From positions 1 through 64,000 of the forward strand of contig JBMFHL010000001.1 of assembly GCA_049976845.1 (NCBI GenBank): a stretch of DNA of 64,000 nt, read 5' to 3'. The notes under the pieces were generated by a model. That model was not told the origin of the DNA, ran no database searches, and saw only the letters and a program-made list of their open reading frames with translations. Each line of letters opens with the position of its first letter. Position 1 is the stretch's first letter. Source of the DNA: Candidatus Micrarchaeia archaeon (GTDB taxonomy: Archaea; Micrarchaeota; Micrarchaeia; Micrarchaeales; CABMGC01). The position numbers and the translations under genes are program-made. Shown piece by piece: positions 44,821 to 54,579 of the stretch.

Positions 44821-44865
44821 AGTATAAGGACATTTGCGAATAAAGGCTTATATTAGTTTTGAGTA

Positions 44866-46002
44866 TTACAGATCTAAAATCCTATTAACTGCATTTCTGA
44901 CTTTTTTAATATTCCTTTTCTCACAAGCAATCAAAAGCTTTTTGTTCTGTGAATTTGCCTCTTCTAATCCTTTTATAATAAGCGAAGTATTCTCTAAAGT
45001 GCCTATCTTTTTACCAAATCTATTGAGTATTGGTGTGTTCTCTACTGTGTCTTTTGGGAAGATCTTAGTGACAATTAGTTCTGTTTTATCCAAATCAACA
45101 TACTTAAGTATTTCCTCCTCAATCTCCTTTTCGCTTAGGCTAAAATCTTTAGGCACTCTATCATAAAATACCCTCTTAAAAAGCTTCCTCTCAATTATTC
45201 TGTTTAAGAGAGGTGCAGATGGCTTATAAGACAACAATGTATTCATCATTTCAAAATCATTTAACGTTTTTAAAAGCGTCTTATCAAGATATCCATTATC
45301 TATTGCAGCTTCTACTGCACGCTCAAACATACCTTCTGCAATAAGTGTAGTATGGTGTAAATAAACAGATGTAAACATGAAATATCTTGCTAAAAGTATA
45401 GATTCAGCAGAAGGAATCCCCTGTGCATAAATAGACAGCTTGCCATTATACAGTGCAATCTTGCTTTTTAGCTGTTGATAGTCTATCACTCCATATGTGG
45501 CTCCTGTGTAATACGCATCCCGAAGCAGGTAATCTAATCTATCCGAGCCAAGCGAAGCGGTAATAACCTCTCCTCTCTCCTTGCCCTCTAGCATCTTCAA
45601 TATTCTATTCAGCGAAAGTCCGCTATCGCTTATGACGTTTTTTATATCTGATTCTTTAATTATCTCCTTGCCTAGCTCTTCATGCGAAGTATGCAGATAT
45701 CTTTTCAACAAGCGATCTAAACTATGCGAAAAGGACGCATGGCCAATATCATGCACAAGGCCCGCTACGCAAAGATCCTCCGCAGCATCTTCCTCTACCC
45801 CAATACTTTTCGTAAGCTCTTTGGTTATATAAAGTGTCCCAAGCGAGTGTTCAAAGCGCGAGTGGGTAGCCCCAGGGTATATAAGGTAAACAAATCCTGT
45901 CTGTCTTATATAGCGGAGTCGCTGCATGTGTTTGTCCTCTATAATCTTTTCCTCTGTTTCTGTCAAGTTTATATTTCCAAATATTGGGTCTTTTATGAAC
46001 AT
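44866..46002 (-). CDS. HD-domain phosphohydrolase (COG1078, dNTPase/SAMHD1-like)
   Basis: QRLRYIRQ.G, YPGATHSRFEHSLG, HDIGH..FSH, DRLDYLLRD and VY.H motifs. Confidence 0.93.
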   Translation of the reverse strand: MFIKDPIFGNINLTETEEKIIEDKHMQRLRYIRQTGFVYLIYPGATHSRFEHSLGTLYITKELTKSIGVEEDAAEDLCVAGLVHDIGHASFSHSLDRLLKRYLHTSHEELGKEIIKESDIKNVISDSGLSLNRILKMLEGKERGEVITASLGSDRLDYLLRDAYYTGATYGVIDYQQLKSKIALYNGKLSIYAQGIPSAESILLARYFMFTSVYLHHTTLIAEGMFERAVEAAIDNGYLDKTLLKTLNDFEMMNTLLSYKPSAPLLNRIIERKLFKRVFYDRVPKDFSLSEKEIEEEILKYVDLDKTELIVTKIFPKDTVENTPILNRFGKKIGTLENTSLIIKGLEEANSQNKKLLIACEKRNIKKVRNAVNRILDL

Positions 46003-46004
46003 GT

Positions 46005-47318
46005 TCACCATTTTTTAACAAAGTCCCTTATTATACCATCAAATTCCTTCCCAATAGGGGCAAGTTCATATGTTACCTGCACTATTGGCTTGTTTACTTT
46101 TACTATCTTCCTTAGGTCTGTAGGGGTTCCAGAAATAACAATGTCGCATTTCGCATTATTTATTACTTCGGTGAGCTCCTTTACCTGCATTTTGCTGTAA
46201 CCTATCGCAGGAAGTATCCTCTCTATATTATACTTCTCATAGGTTTTCTTTATTGTTCCAATCGCATACCTTCTTGCATCAATTATCTCCCTGGCTCCAT
46301 AATTCTTGGCTGCGACTACTGCCGCTCCAAACTTCATATTTCCATGGGTGACTGTGGGCCCATCTTCTATAACAAGTGCCGTTTTCCCTTTTATCAATTC
46401 TTCAGGATCTGCATTTATCTTAGATTCTGCATATACTATTTTGGCTTTTGCATTTATACTTTTTAGGTTGCGTTTAATCTCGCTTAACTCCATCTTACTT
46501 GCAGAATTTACTTTATTCACAACGAGTACATCTGCCATTCTTGCGACCGTCTCTCCAGGATAATACCCAAGCTCATTTCCTACTCTGAGTGGATCTGCTA
46601 CAGTTATCATAAGATCCGGTTTTATGAAAGGTGCGTCGTTGTTGCCACCATCCCATATAATAACATCTGCCTCTTTTTCAGCAGCTTTTAGTATTTTTCC
46701 ATAGTCCACTCCAGAATAAACAACAGTGCCTTCCCTAATGTGCGGTTCATAATCTTCCCTCTCTTCGATGGTGCATTTCTGTTTGTCCAAATCTTCAAGC
46801 GCACCAAAACGCTGTACCTCCTGCTCTTTAAGATCTCCATATGGCATTGGATGCCTAATAACTACAGGCGTTTTTCCTAGTTTTTTTATTAACCTGGATA
46901 TGTATCTGGATGTTGGGCTTTTTCCGCTTCCGGTCCTTACAGCGCATACTGCTATTACGGGTTTTACCGATTTTAGCATCGTGTGCTCTGGAGAAATAAG
47001 CCAGAAATCTGCTCCGTGTGAATTTGCAATGCTTGCTTTGTGCATTACCTCCGCATAAGGCAAGTCGCTGTATGCTAGCAAGCAAGCGTCAATTTTATAT
47101 CTGTCTATCAAGTCTCCAAGTTTAGACTCATCAAAAATTTTTATACCATTTGGGTAAAGTTTGCCTGCAAGTTCTTTGGGATATCTTCTGTCTACTATAA
47201 AAGGAATCTGGTTTGCAGTAAATGCAATAATTTCATAATCTGCATTGTCGCGGAAAAGCATATTGAAATCATGAAAATCCCTTCCTGCAGCGCCAAGAAT
47301 CAAGATTCTCTTCCTCAT
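46005..47318 (-). CDS. COG2403 P-loop ligase (arginine synthetase ArcE / cyclic 2,3-diphosphoglycerate synthetase-like)
   Basis: GAAGRDFH.FN, AVRTGSGKS, RHPMPYGDL, TIEEREDYE, WDGGNND and EDGPT.THG motifs. Confidence 0.85.
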   Translation of the reverse strand: MRKRILILGAAGRDFHDFNMLFRDNADYEIIAFTANQIPFIVDRRYPKELAGKLYPNGIKIFDESKLGDLIDRYKIDACLLAYSDLPYAEVMHKASIANSHGADFWLISPEHTMLKSVKPVIAVCAVRTGSGKSPTSRYISRLIKKLGKTPVVIRHPMPYGDLKEQEVQRFGALEDLDKQKCTIEEREDYEPHIREGTVVYSGVDYGKILKAAEKEADVIIWDGGNNDAPFIKPDLMITVADPLRVGNELGYYPGETVARMADVLVVNKVNSASKMELSEIKRNLKSINAKAKIVYAESKINADPEELIKGKTALVIEDGPTVTHGNMKFGAAVVAAKNYGAREIIDARRYAIGTIKKTYEKYNIERILPAIGYSKMQVKELTEVINNAKCDIVISGTPTDLRKIVKVNKPIVQVTYELAPIGKEFDGIIRDFVKKW

Positions 47319-47412
47319 GTAATCACAATTAAAACTTGCTTGAAAAGGATATTAAATTTAGATGGTTAAAAACAAGACTTAATGTACTAATTACTCTCGT
47401 CATGCCATCCTC

Positions 47413-47426
47413 AAAAGGTTTATAAG
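47413..47426 (+). promoter_or_regulatory. BRE/TATA promoter of gyrB-gyrA
   Basis: AAAAGGTTTATAAG about 45 nt before the ATG at 47470. Confidence 0.55.
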
Positions 47427-47469
47427 GATTGAATTCAATATAATATAAAAACGGCCAGTGCTGATACCT

Positions 47470-49386
47470 ATGTCAAATGAATCAGAGGAGTATAACGCTT
47501 CTAAAATAATAGTGCTAGAAGGTGTGCAAGGAGTAAGGAAAAGGCCGGCAATGTATATAGGGTCAACAGGTTCAAGCGGAGTGTTGCACTTGCTATTTGA
47601 AGTAATTGATAATGCCGTAGATGAAGCTATCGCCGGCTACTGTAAAAATATTATAGTGCATCTAACCGAGGCAGAAAATGGTGACATTGCAGAAGTGATA
47701 GATGACGGCAGAGGGATACCTATAGACATAATGCCAAAGTATAACAAGAGTGCCTTAGAGGTAATAATGACCTCCTTGCATTCAGGCGCCAAATTTAGCA
47801 ACGATGTATATAAAACTGCCGGGGGTCTTCATGGTGTTGGCCTTACCGTTGTAAATGCACTATCTTCAGTGCTTGAGGTCAGGGTCAAAAAAGGAGGAAA
47901 GGAGTACATGCAAACCTATAGTAGGGGACTTCCAACTTCTGAGCTAAAAGAAGTGGGAGTTGCCACGGATACAGGAACTTCAATAAAATTTCAGCCGGAT
48001 CCTGAGATATTCCCTTCTACAAAATTTGATTCTGATCTATTAAAAGAGAGGTTGAGATATACAAGTTTCTTGAATCCTGGGCTTAAACTATTCTTTATAG
48101 ATGATAGGTTTAATTCCCACGAAGAAAGCCAGTACTATTCGCAAAATGGGCTTGCAGATTTTCTTTCAGAACTAAATAAAAATACAACCACCATAACCAG
48201 TCCGATACATTACAAAAAGCAGGTTGATAATGTGATGGTTGAAATAGCATTGCAATACAACAACAGCTACGACGAGAAAATAGAATCATTTGTAAATAGT
48301 ATAAAGACAAACGACGGCGGCACGCACGTTATAGGTTTTCATGCAGCATTGACAAGGGCAATATCAAACTACCTGTTGCAAAATAAAAATGCGAGCAGCA
48401 AGAAAGAGGTAAAAATTACAGGAGAAGATGTAAGAGAGGGCCTTTCAGCAATAGTAAATGTACTGATGCAGAATCCAGAGTTCGAAGGGCAAACAAAAGA
48501 AAGACTTGGAAATACGCAAATAAAAAGCATAGTTGAAAGCAGCGTTTATTCTTTCCTTTCACAATACTTAGAAGAGCATCCTAGTGATGCAAAGGCAATA
48601 GTAGAGAAAGCGACAAATGCAAGTTTAGCTAGAGAGAGTGCAAGGAAGGCCAGGGAGCTAGTGAGAAAGAAGAGTATATTTGATGGCGCGATACTACCAG
48701 GCAAATTGGCAGACTGCATAGAATCTGATCCAGAAAAATGTGAAATATTTATAGTAGAAGGCGAGAGCGCAGGCGGCTCAAGCAAGCAAGGTAGGGACAA
48801 GAGGATACAAGCAATACTTCCATTAAGAGGGAAAATTCTTAATGTCGAAAAAGCAAGCGATGAAAGAATATTTGATAATGCGGAAATACATACAATGGTC
48901 ACAGCATTTGGGACAGGAATAAAAGAAACGTTTAATGTGGAAAACATAAGGTACAAAAAAATAATCATTATGACGGATGCTGATGTTGATGGGAGCCATA
49001 TAAGGACGTTGCTCCTCACGTTTTTCTATAGGTACCTCAAAAAAATATTAGACCTGGGGTATGTATACATAGCGCAGCCTCCACTATATAAAATCTCTAA
49101 AGGGAAAGAAGAGTATTACTGCTACAGCGATGCAGAATTAGAAGCTAAAATGAAAGAACTGGGAGACAAAGTAAATCTACAAAGGTACAAAGGATTAGGA
49201 GAAATGAACCCTGAGCAATTGTGGGAAACTACAATGAATCCAGAAAAACGCATCCTCAAAAAAGTTCTTGTAAACAATGCCGAAAGGGCAGAAAGATTGT
49301 TCACAATACTCATGGGTATTGATGTTCAGCAACGTAGAAAATTCTTGGAGGAGCATTCAGGCGAAGCCGCCTTCCTAGATATATAG
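47470..49386 (+). CDS. gyrB: DNA gyrase subunit B
   Basis: VRKRPAMYIG, EVIDNAVDE, GGLHGVG, PGKLADC, EGESAGG, PLRGKILN, DADVDG and RYKGLGEMN motifs. Confidence 0.97.
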   Translation: MSNESEEYNASKIIVLEGVQGVRKRPAMYIGSTGSSGVLHLLFEVIDNAVDEAIAGYCKNIIVHLTEAENGDIAEVIDDGRGIPIDIMPKYNKSALEVIMTSLHSGAKFSNDVYKTAGGLHGVGLTVVNALSSVLEVRVKKGGKEYMQTYSRGLPTSELKEVGVATDTGTSIKFQPDPEIFPSTKFDSDLLKERLRYTSFLNPGLKLFFIDDRFNSHEESQYYSQNGLADFLSELNKNTTTITSPIHYKKQVDNVMVEIALQYNNSYDEKIESFVNSIKTNDGGTHVIGFHAALTRAISNYLLQNKNASSKKEVKITGEDVREGLSAIVNVLMQNPEFEGQTKERLGNTQIKSIVESSVYSFLSQYLEEHPSDAKAIVEKATNASLARESARKARELVRKKSIFDGAILPGKLADCIESDPEKCEIFIVEGESAGGSSKQGRDKRIQAILPLRGKILNVEKASDERIFDNAEIHTMVTAFGTGIKETFNVENIRYKKIIIMTDADVDGSHIRTLLLTFFYRYLKKILDLGYVYIAQPPLYKISKGKEEYYCYSDAELEAKMKELGDKVNLQRYKGLGEMNPEQLWETTMNPEKRILKKVLVNNAERAERLFTILMGIDVQQRRKFLEEHSGEAAFLDI

Positions 49387-49394
49387 GTATAGAT

Positions 49395-51788
49395 ATGGAA
49401 AAAACAGAGCCAGTCCAATTGGATGAAGAATTGCAATCAAGCTATATTGACTATGCCATGAGTGTTATAATAGGCAGAGCCATACCTGATGCCCGAGACG
49501 GTCTCAAGCCTGCGCAAAGAAGAATACTTTATGCAATGTATAGCATAAACAATTTGCATGACCAGCCTACTAAAAAGAGTGCAAGAATAGTTGGAGAAGT
49601 AATAGGTAAATATCATCCACATGGGGACGTCGCAGTTTATGATACTTTAGTAAGGATGGCTCAAGACTTTTCAATGAACCACGTGATGGTTGAAGGGCAG
49701 GGAAATTTTGGTTCAATAGACGGAGATCCACCTGCAGCAATGAGATATACCGAGGTGCGTCTCACTAGCATTGCAGAAGAATCATTAAACGATTTGGATA
49801 AGAACACTGTGGAATTTGTATCAAACTTCGACAACACCGAAAAAGAGCCCATAGTATTGCCATCAAAAATACCAAATCTTTTGATAAATGGTGCATCCGG
49901 GATTGCCGTGGGTGTAGCAACAAGCATACCCCCGCATAACCTGAGCGAAGTATGTGATGCAATAATACAGGTATTAGATAAGGATACAACAATAGAAGAT
50001 ATACTAGAAATAATAAAAGGCCCTGATTTTCCTACAGGCGGCATAGCAATAATGTCTGGAAATGCCTATAATGGGTATAAGTACGGCAAAGGGCAGATTA
50101 CTGTAAAAGCAAAGGCAGAGATAAAAGAAAAAGAGAGAAAAATAATAGTAACAGAAATACCTTATAATGTCAACAAAGCCATGCTCATACAAAATATAGC
50201 AGAGCTCGTAAGAGACAAAAAAATAAATGGCATAACTGACATAAAAGATGAGAGTGACAAAGAAGGAATAAGGATAGTAATAGAGTTTAGAAACGGAGAA
50301 AACGGCGAGAGTCTTTTGAACTCGTTATATAAGCACACGCAACTTGAAATAACATTCCCTATAATAAATCTCGCAATAGTTGGAAAGGAATTAAAGAATT
50401 TTAACATATTGCAGTTGATAAATACTTTCATCGAGCACAGAAGGGAAATAATAAAGAAAAGAAGCGAGTTTGAACTTAATAAGTCAAAAGACCGTGTTCA
50501 CATATTAGAAGGCCTTCTAACAGCAATCAATAGCATAAATGAAATAGTAAAGCTAATAAAGGAAAGCGCTTCAGTAAGCGATGCAAAAGAGAGGTTGGTG
50601 AAAGCATACAATTTAAGTGAAAAGCAGGCATCTGCCATTTTAGAGATGAAGCTTAGCAGATTAACCCATCTTGAGTCAGACTCTATAAACAAGGAGAGAG
50701 CAGAGCTTGCAGGCAAAATAGATTATTACAATTCACTATTGTCAGATCCAAAGAAAATAGATTCAGTAATTAAGAACGAAATCAAAGAAATAAAAGAAAA
50801 ATATGGCAGGAAGAGAAGAACGGAAATAATTAAAATGGAAGAGGAAATAACGCTGAAGGAAGAAGATCTAATAAGCAATGAAAAAGTGACGGTCATATAC
50901 ACAAATTCCGGATATATAAAAAGACTTGGCATAGAAAGCTACAAAGAACAAGCAAGAGGGGGCAAGGGAGTAATAGCAATAAACCTTAAGGAGGGAGACT
51001 ATGCAAAGCAAATAATCACCTGCTACACTAAAGATTACCTGCTATGTATATCAGATAAGGGAAGAGCGTACTGGCTTAAGGTATACAGAATACCAGAAGG
51101 GAAGCGGTATTCAGAAGGCAAGAGTATAGTAAATTTGCTTAACTTAAAAGACGAGAAAATAGTTATAATAATGGTACTGAATGACATAGAACGATCAAGC
51201 ATATCTTTGCTAACAAAAAGCGGATTAGTAAAGAAAATGAATGCACGTCTATTCTCCAAGCCTAGGTCAAGCGGCGTTACCGCAATCGCCTTAAGGGAAG
51301 GCGACGCAATAATCGATGCAATAACTTATACAAATGAAAAGTATATCTTCATAACAACAAAGAAAGGCAAAGCAATCAAATTCGAAGATTCGAAAATAAG
51401 GTTTACTGGAAGATCTTCAATGGGTGTGCGTGGCATAAGGCTATCAAACAATGACGAAGCAAAAAACATAATAGCAGCAGGAGATGTTGGCTATATACTT
51501 ACTGTTACTGAAAATGGCTATGGCAAATTGACAGAAGTGCTTAATTACAGGCTGCAAAATAGGGGCGGCGGCGGCGTCCTAAATATCAGAATATCGGAAA
51601 AAACAGGTTATGTAGCAAAATCCTTATTCTTGAGTGGCGAAGCAAATATAATATTAATAAATTCCTCTGGCATAACGATTTCATTCAATGCAAGTAGTAT
51701 AAGGATTACAGGGAGAAATGCAAGTGGGGTAAGATTAATGAGAGTCGAAGAAGGGATGAAAGTAGTAGATGCAAAGATAATGCAATAA
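49395..51788 (+). CDS. gyrA: DNA gyrase subunit A
   Basis: YAMSVI..RA.PD.RDGLKP, KYHPHGD, AAMRYTE, GyrA-box QARGGKG and C-terminal pinwheel repeats. Confidence 0.97.
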   Translation: MEKTEPVQLDEELQSSYIDYAMSVIIGRAIPDARDGLKPAQRRILYAMYSINNLHDQPTKKSARIVGEVIGKYHPHGDVAVYDTLVRMAQDFSMNHVMVEGQGNFGSIDGDPPAAMRYTEVRLTSIAEESLNDLDKNTVEFVSNFDNTEKEPIVLPSKIPNLLINGASGIAVGVATSIPPHNLSEVCDAIIQVLDKDTTIEDILEIIKGPDFPTGGIAIMSGNAYNGYKYGKGQITVKAKAEIKEKERKIIVTEIPYNVNKAMLIQNIAELVRDKKINGITDIKDESDKEGIRIVIEFRNGENGESLLNSLYKHTQLEITFPIINLAIVGKELKNFNILQLINTFIEHRREIIKKRSEFELNKSKDRVHILEGLLTAINSINEIVKLIKESASVSDAKERLVKAYNLSEKQASAILEMKLSRLTHLESDSINKERAELAGKIDYYNSLLSDPKKIDSVIKNEIKEIKEKYGRKRRTEIIKMEEEITLKEEDLISNEKVTVIYTNSGYIKRLGIESYKEQARGGKGVIAINLKEGDYAKQIITCYTKDYLLCISDKGRAYWLKVYRIPEGKRYSEGKSIVNLLNLKDEKIVIIMVLNDIERSSISLLTKSGLVKKMNARLFSKPRSSGVTAIALREGDAIIDAITYTNEKYIFITTKKGKAIKFEDSKIRFTGRSSMGVRGIRLSNNDEAKNIIAAGDVGYILTVTENGYGKLTEVLNYRLQNRGGGGVLNIRISEKTGYVAKSLFLSGEANIILINSSGITISFNASSIRITGRNASGVRLMRVEEGMKVVDAKIMQ

Positions 51789-51789
51789 A

Positions 51790-54579
51790 CTATGTTTCCT
51801 TCCAAAACCTGCGATTTTTTATATAATTTTTTTGAGCCTCTATTAGATCTATGACAAAAAAATTATACTCTGTTCTGAGCATTTTCAGAACCCTTGCAGC
51901 AGTCCTGACCCCTATCCCATAGGTTGAAAGCGCAACCAGGGCTTTATCACCATACTCCTGTATAAGACCCGCAGAGCTTAATGCTTCAGAGTAAATCTCC
52001 TTCTCGTGCTTTTTCAGTTTTACACCTTTAGTAACTTTATCTATGACTTCCCTGTACTCTGGTTTGAATATAGAAATCATTGTACTCCTACAATTTGGGC
52101 ATGTGATGCCAGAACCCTCATTTAGTCCAGAAATCTTTCTTGAAAAGTTGAAACCACAAAACGTGCAGAGTAGATCAACACTCTTACTCTTCATTCCTTC
52201 AACAAACTGTCTTACTTCCTCGCTTCCAGGCAATAAAGGAAGCATCAGCTCTCTGTAATGGTATGATGATTTCAAGACCTCATTAGACATTGGGCTTAAT
52301 TCTGGGAAAGAAAATAGCGCAAAATCTATAGTGCCCTCTTTTAGCCGTTTTGAAAAATCAAGGACATGTTCAAGATCATAATAATTTTTATATAGGTCTC
52401 TCAAAGTCTCATCGAAAACAGGCGTGCCTTTATAGAAGTCGATTAACCTATTTGCAATATTCTTAGTAACAGTTGCTTTCTTTTCAATAATCCCGAAAAG
52501 TTTTGCTATTTGTATGAATTTGTACCTGAATAACTCGGAAGAGTATATAAGTGAATTACTCTTCAAAATCCCTTCAAAATTCTGTTCCTTAAGTAAGGAT
52601 AGGATCCTCTTTGTATTGGGCTTATGCCGTGCAGCACTCACATCAACAACAACAGCATATGCCATTGCCCGTGTGCTTACTCCAAAGCCTACTTCTGAAG
52701 TAAATATGGCTCCGATGATCCTAGAAAGCAGTTCATTCGCCAACTTTCCTAAAGGAAGATAAATTATAACATAATCTCCAAATTCTTCAACAGCAATTTC
52801 GTTTTCCTTAGGAATAAAGTACTTCTTTTGTTCAGCCATAAAATTATTTATCTTGTTTAAAGTTGCAGAATCTACAAAACTTTCTATTTCACTAACATCA
52901 TGTCCTGAAAGTAGTTTATATGTTGAATTAGCAACCTCATAAGAAACAGGGATGTCCTCCCCTTCCCAATCAGGTATTGCAGCTTCCAGATTGGTCGAAG
53001 GCTCTACAAATATTGTATCTTTTTCTATGCTAATTACATGCCATGGTAAACCTTTAGTTATAAAAATGGAGCCATCATCAATATAATTAGCGACAAAGTT
53101 TTCGTTTAATGAGGATATGATATTATTTCCTGTAGCGCTTCTTACAATGAATCTTGCAACATCAGGTATTACACTTATATTTTCTATAAAATATGAAATG
53201 CTCCTTCCACTTCTAAAAACAACTCCTTTATAAAATTTTATTAGGTGCAATTGATTTAGGAGATTAATTACCGATTTTAGAGTCTCTATTTTTAAATTTG
53301 CAAAAGGCTGAGACCGACTTATAATTTCAAATAGCTTCTCTTCTCTTATAGATTTGTACTCTAGTGCTATTGCAACGATCTGGTTTGCAAGCACGTCTAG
53401 CGGATTTTTTTCTATTCTCCTTTTTTCAAGCACCTTTTCGTAAGCAAGCTTAATTATTGCTGCAGATTCAATCGATTCGATGACGCTAGCCACAACAATA
53501 TCCCCAGAAGCCTTTCCATGTACGGCATGACCACTTCTGCCTACCCTCTGCAGCAATCTTGTAACTTGTTTTGGTGATCCATACTGTATAACTAAATCGA
53601 TTCCCCCTATGTCTATCCCCAGCTCAAGGGAGCTCGTTGCGATTATGCTCCTTACCCTTCCGTTTTTAAAATCCTCTTCAACTCTTATCCTCTCCATTTT
53701 GTCTAGAGAACTGTGATGCACTGCAATTGGTCCAAAATGTTCAGTTTTGTCCAAATACAAAAGTTTACTTCCTAAACTTTCAGCAACCTGCCTGGTATTT
53801 ACAAATACAATGCTCTCGTTTGCACCCTCTATTAATTCTTTTAACCTTTCCACCCTAGCCGCAGTCTCAACATCCAGTGCAAATACCTCCCTAAATTTTG
53901 CATAATCCTTTTTCATCACACTGGGCATCTCTAACCTCAGCTCAACTTTCTTCTCATTCTCATCAGAAATAATTTTACACAGCCTGTTCCCACATAAAAA
54001 AAGCGCAGCAGTGTTCATATCACCTATTGTAGCACTTATCCCTACTCTTTGGAAGTTGCCTGCAAGCTCTGCGATCCTCTCTAAAGCAACAGCAAGTTGG
54101 GCTCCACGCTTGTTATAATATAATTCATGCAATTCATCAACTATTACCACCTCCAAGTTTTTCAAAGAGTCCCTTAAATTTTTGGTGAATAACAAATTTT
54201 GAATGCTTTCAGGAGTGGTTATAAGCAGTTGTGGTGGCTTCTTAGATTGGTTAACCCTGTCTTTTTTTGGGGTATCTCCATGCCTCACTCCTATGCTAAT
54301 ACCAAGCGTTTTGCAAAACAATTCCAACCTTTTCAGCAAATCCCTGTTTAGCGCTCTAAGTGGCGTAACATAAATAGCATTTATGCCTTTTTTATTTTCA
54401 ACACTTATCCTCTTAAGTATGGGTAATATTGCAGCCTCTGTTTTTCCTGTTCCTGTAGACGCAGTTATTATGCAGTTCTCTCCCTTCTCCACTACTGGTA
54501 TTGCTTTCTTTTGTATGCTTGTAAACTCTCCGAATCTATCTAGAAAAATCCTATAAATATCTTCCGGCAAAGATACCAC
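51790..54579 (-). CDS. lhr: Lhr-family SF2 helicase with a C-terminal Zn finger
   Basis: TGTGKTEAA, PLRALNRD, RHGDT, TTPES, DELH, SAT, HHSSL, SLELGID, QRVGRSGH and CTFC/CPNC motifs. Confidence 0.93.
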   Translation of the reverse strand: MVSLPEDIYRIFLDRFGEFTSIQKKAIPVVEKGENCIITASTGTGKTEAAILPILKRISVENKKGINAIYVTPLRALNRDLLKRLELFCKTLGISIGVRHGDTPKKDRVNQSKKPPQLLITTPESIQNLLFTKNLRDSLKNLEVVIVDELHELYYNKRGAQLAVALERIAELAGNFQRVGISATIGDMNTAALFLCGNRLCKIISDENEKKVELRLEMPSVMKKDYAKFREVFALDVETAARVERLKELIEGANESIVFVNTRQVAESLGSKLLYLDKTEHFGPIAVHHSSLDKMERIRVEEDFKNGRVRSIIATSSLELGIDIGGIDLVIQYGSPKQVTRLLQRVGRSGHAVHGKASGDIVVASVIESIESAAIIKLAYEKVLEKRRIEKNPLDVLANQIVAIALEYKSIREEKLFEIISRSQPFANLKIETLKSVINLLNQLHLIKFYKGVVFRSGRSISYFIENISVIPDVARFIVRSATGNNIISSLNENFVANYIDDGSIFITKGLPWHVISIEKDTIFVEPSTNLEAAIPDWEGEDIPVSYEVANSTYKLLSGHDVSEIESFVDSATLNKINNFMAEQKKYFIPKENEIAVEEFGDYVIIYLPLGKLANELLSRIIGAIFTSEVGFGVSTRAMAYAVVVDVSAARHKPNTKRILSLLKEQNFEGILKSNSLIYSSELFRYKFIQIAKLFGIIEKKATVTKNIANRLIDFYKGTPVFDETLRDLYKNYYDLEHVLDFSKRLKEGTIDFALFSFPELSPMSNEVLKSSYHYRELMLPLLPGSEEVRQFVEGMKSKSVDLLCTFCGFNFSRKISGLNEGSGITCPNCRSTMISIFKPEYREVIDKVTKGVKLKKHEKEIYSEALSSAGLIQEYGDKALVALSTYGIGVRTAARVLKMLRTEYNFFVIDLIEAQKNYIKNRRFWKET

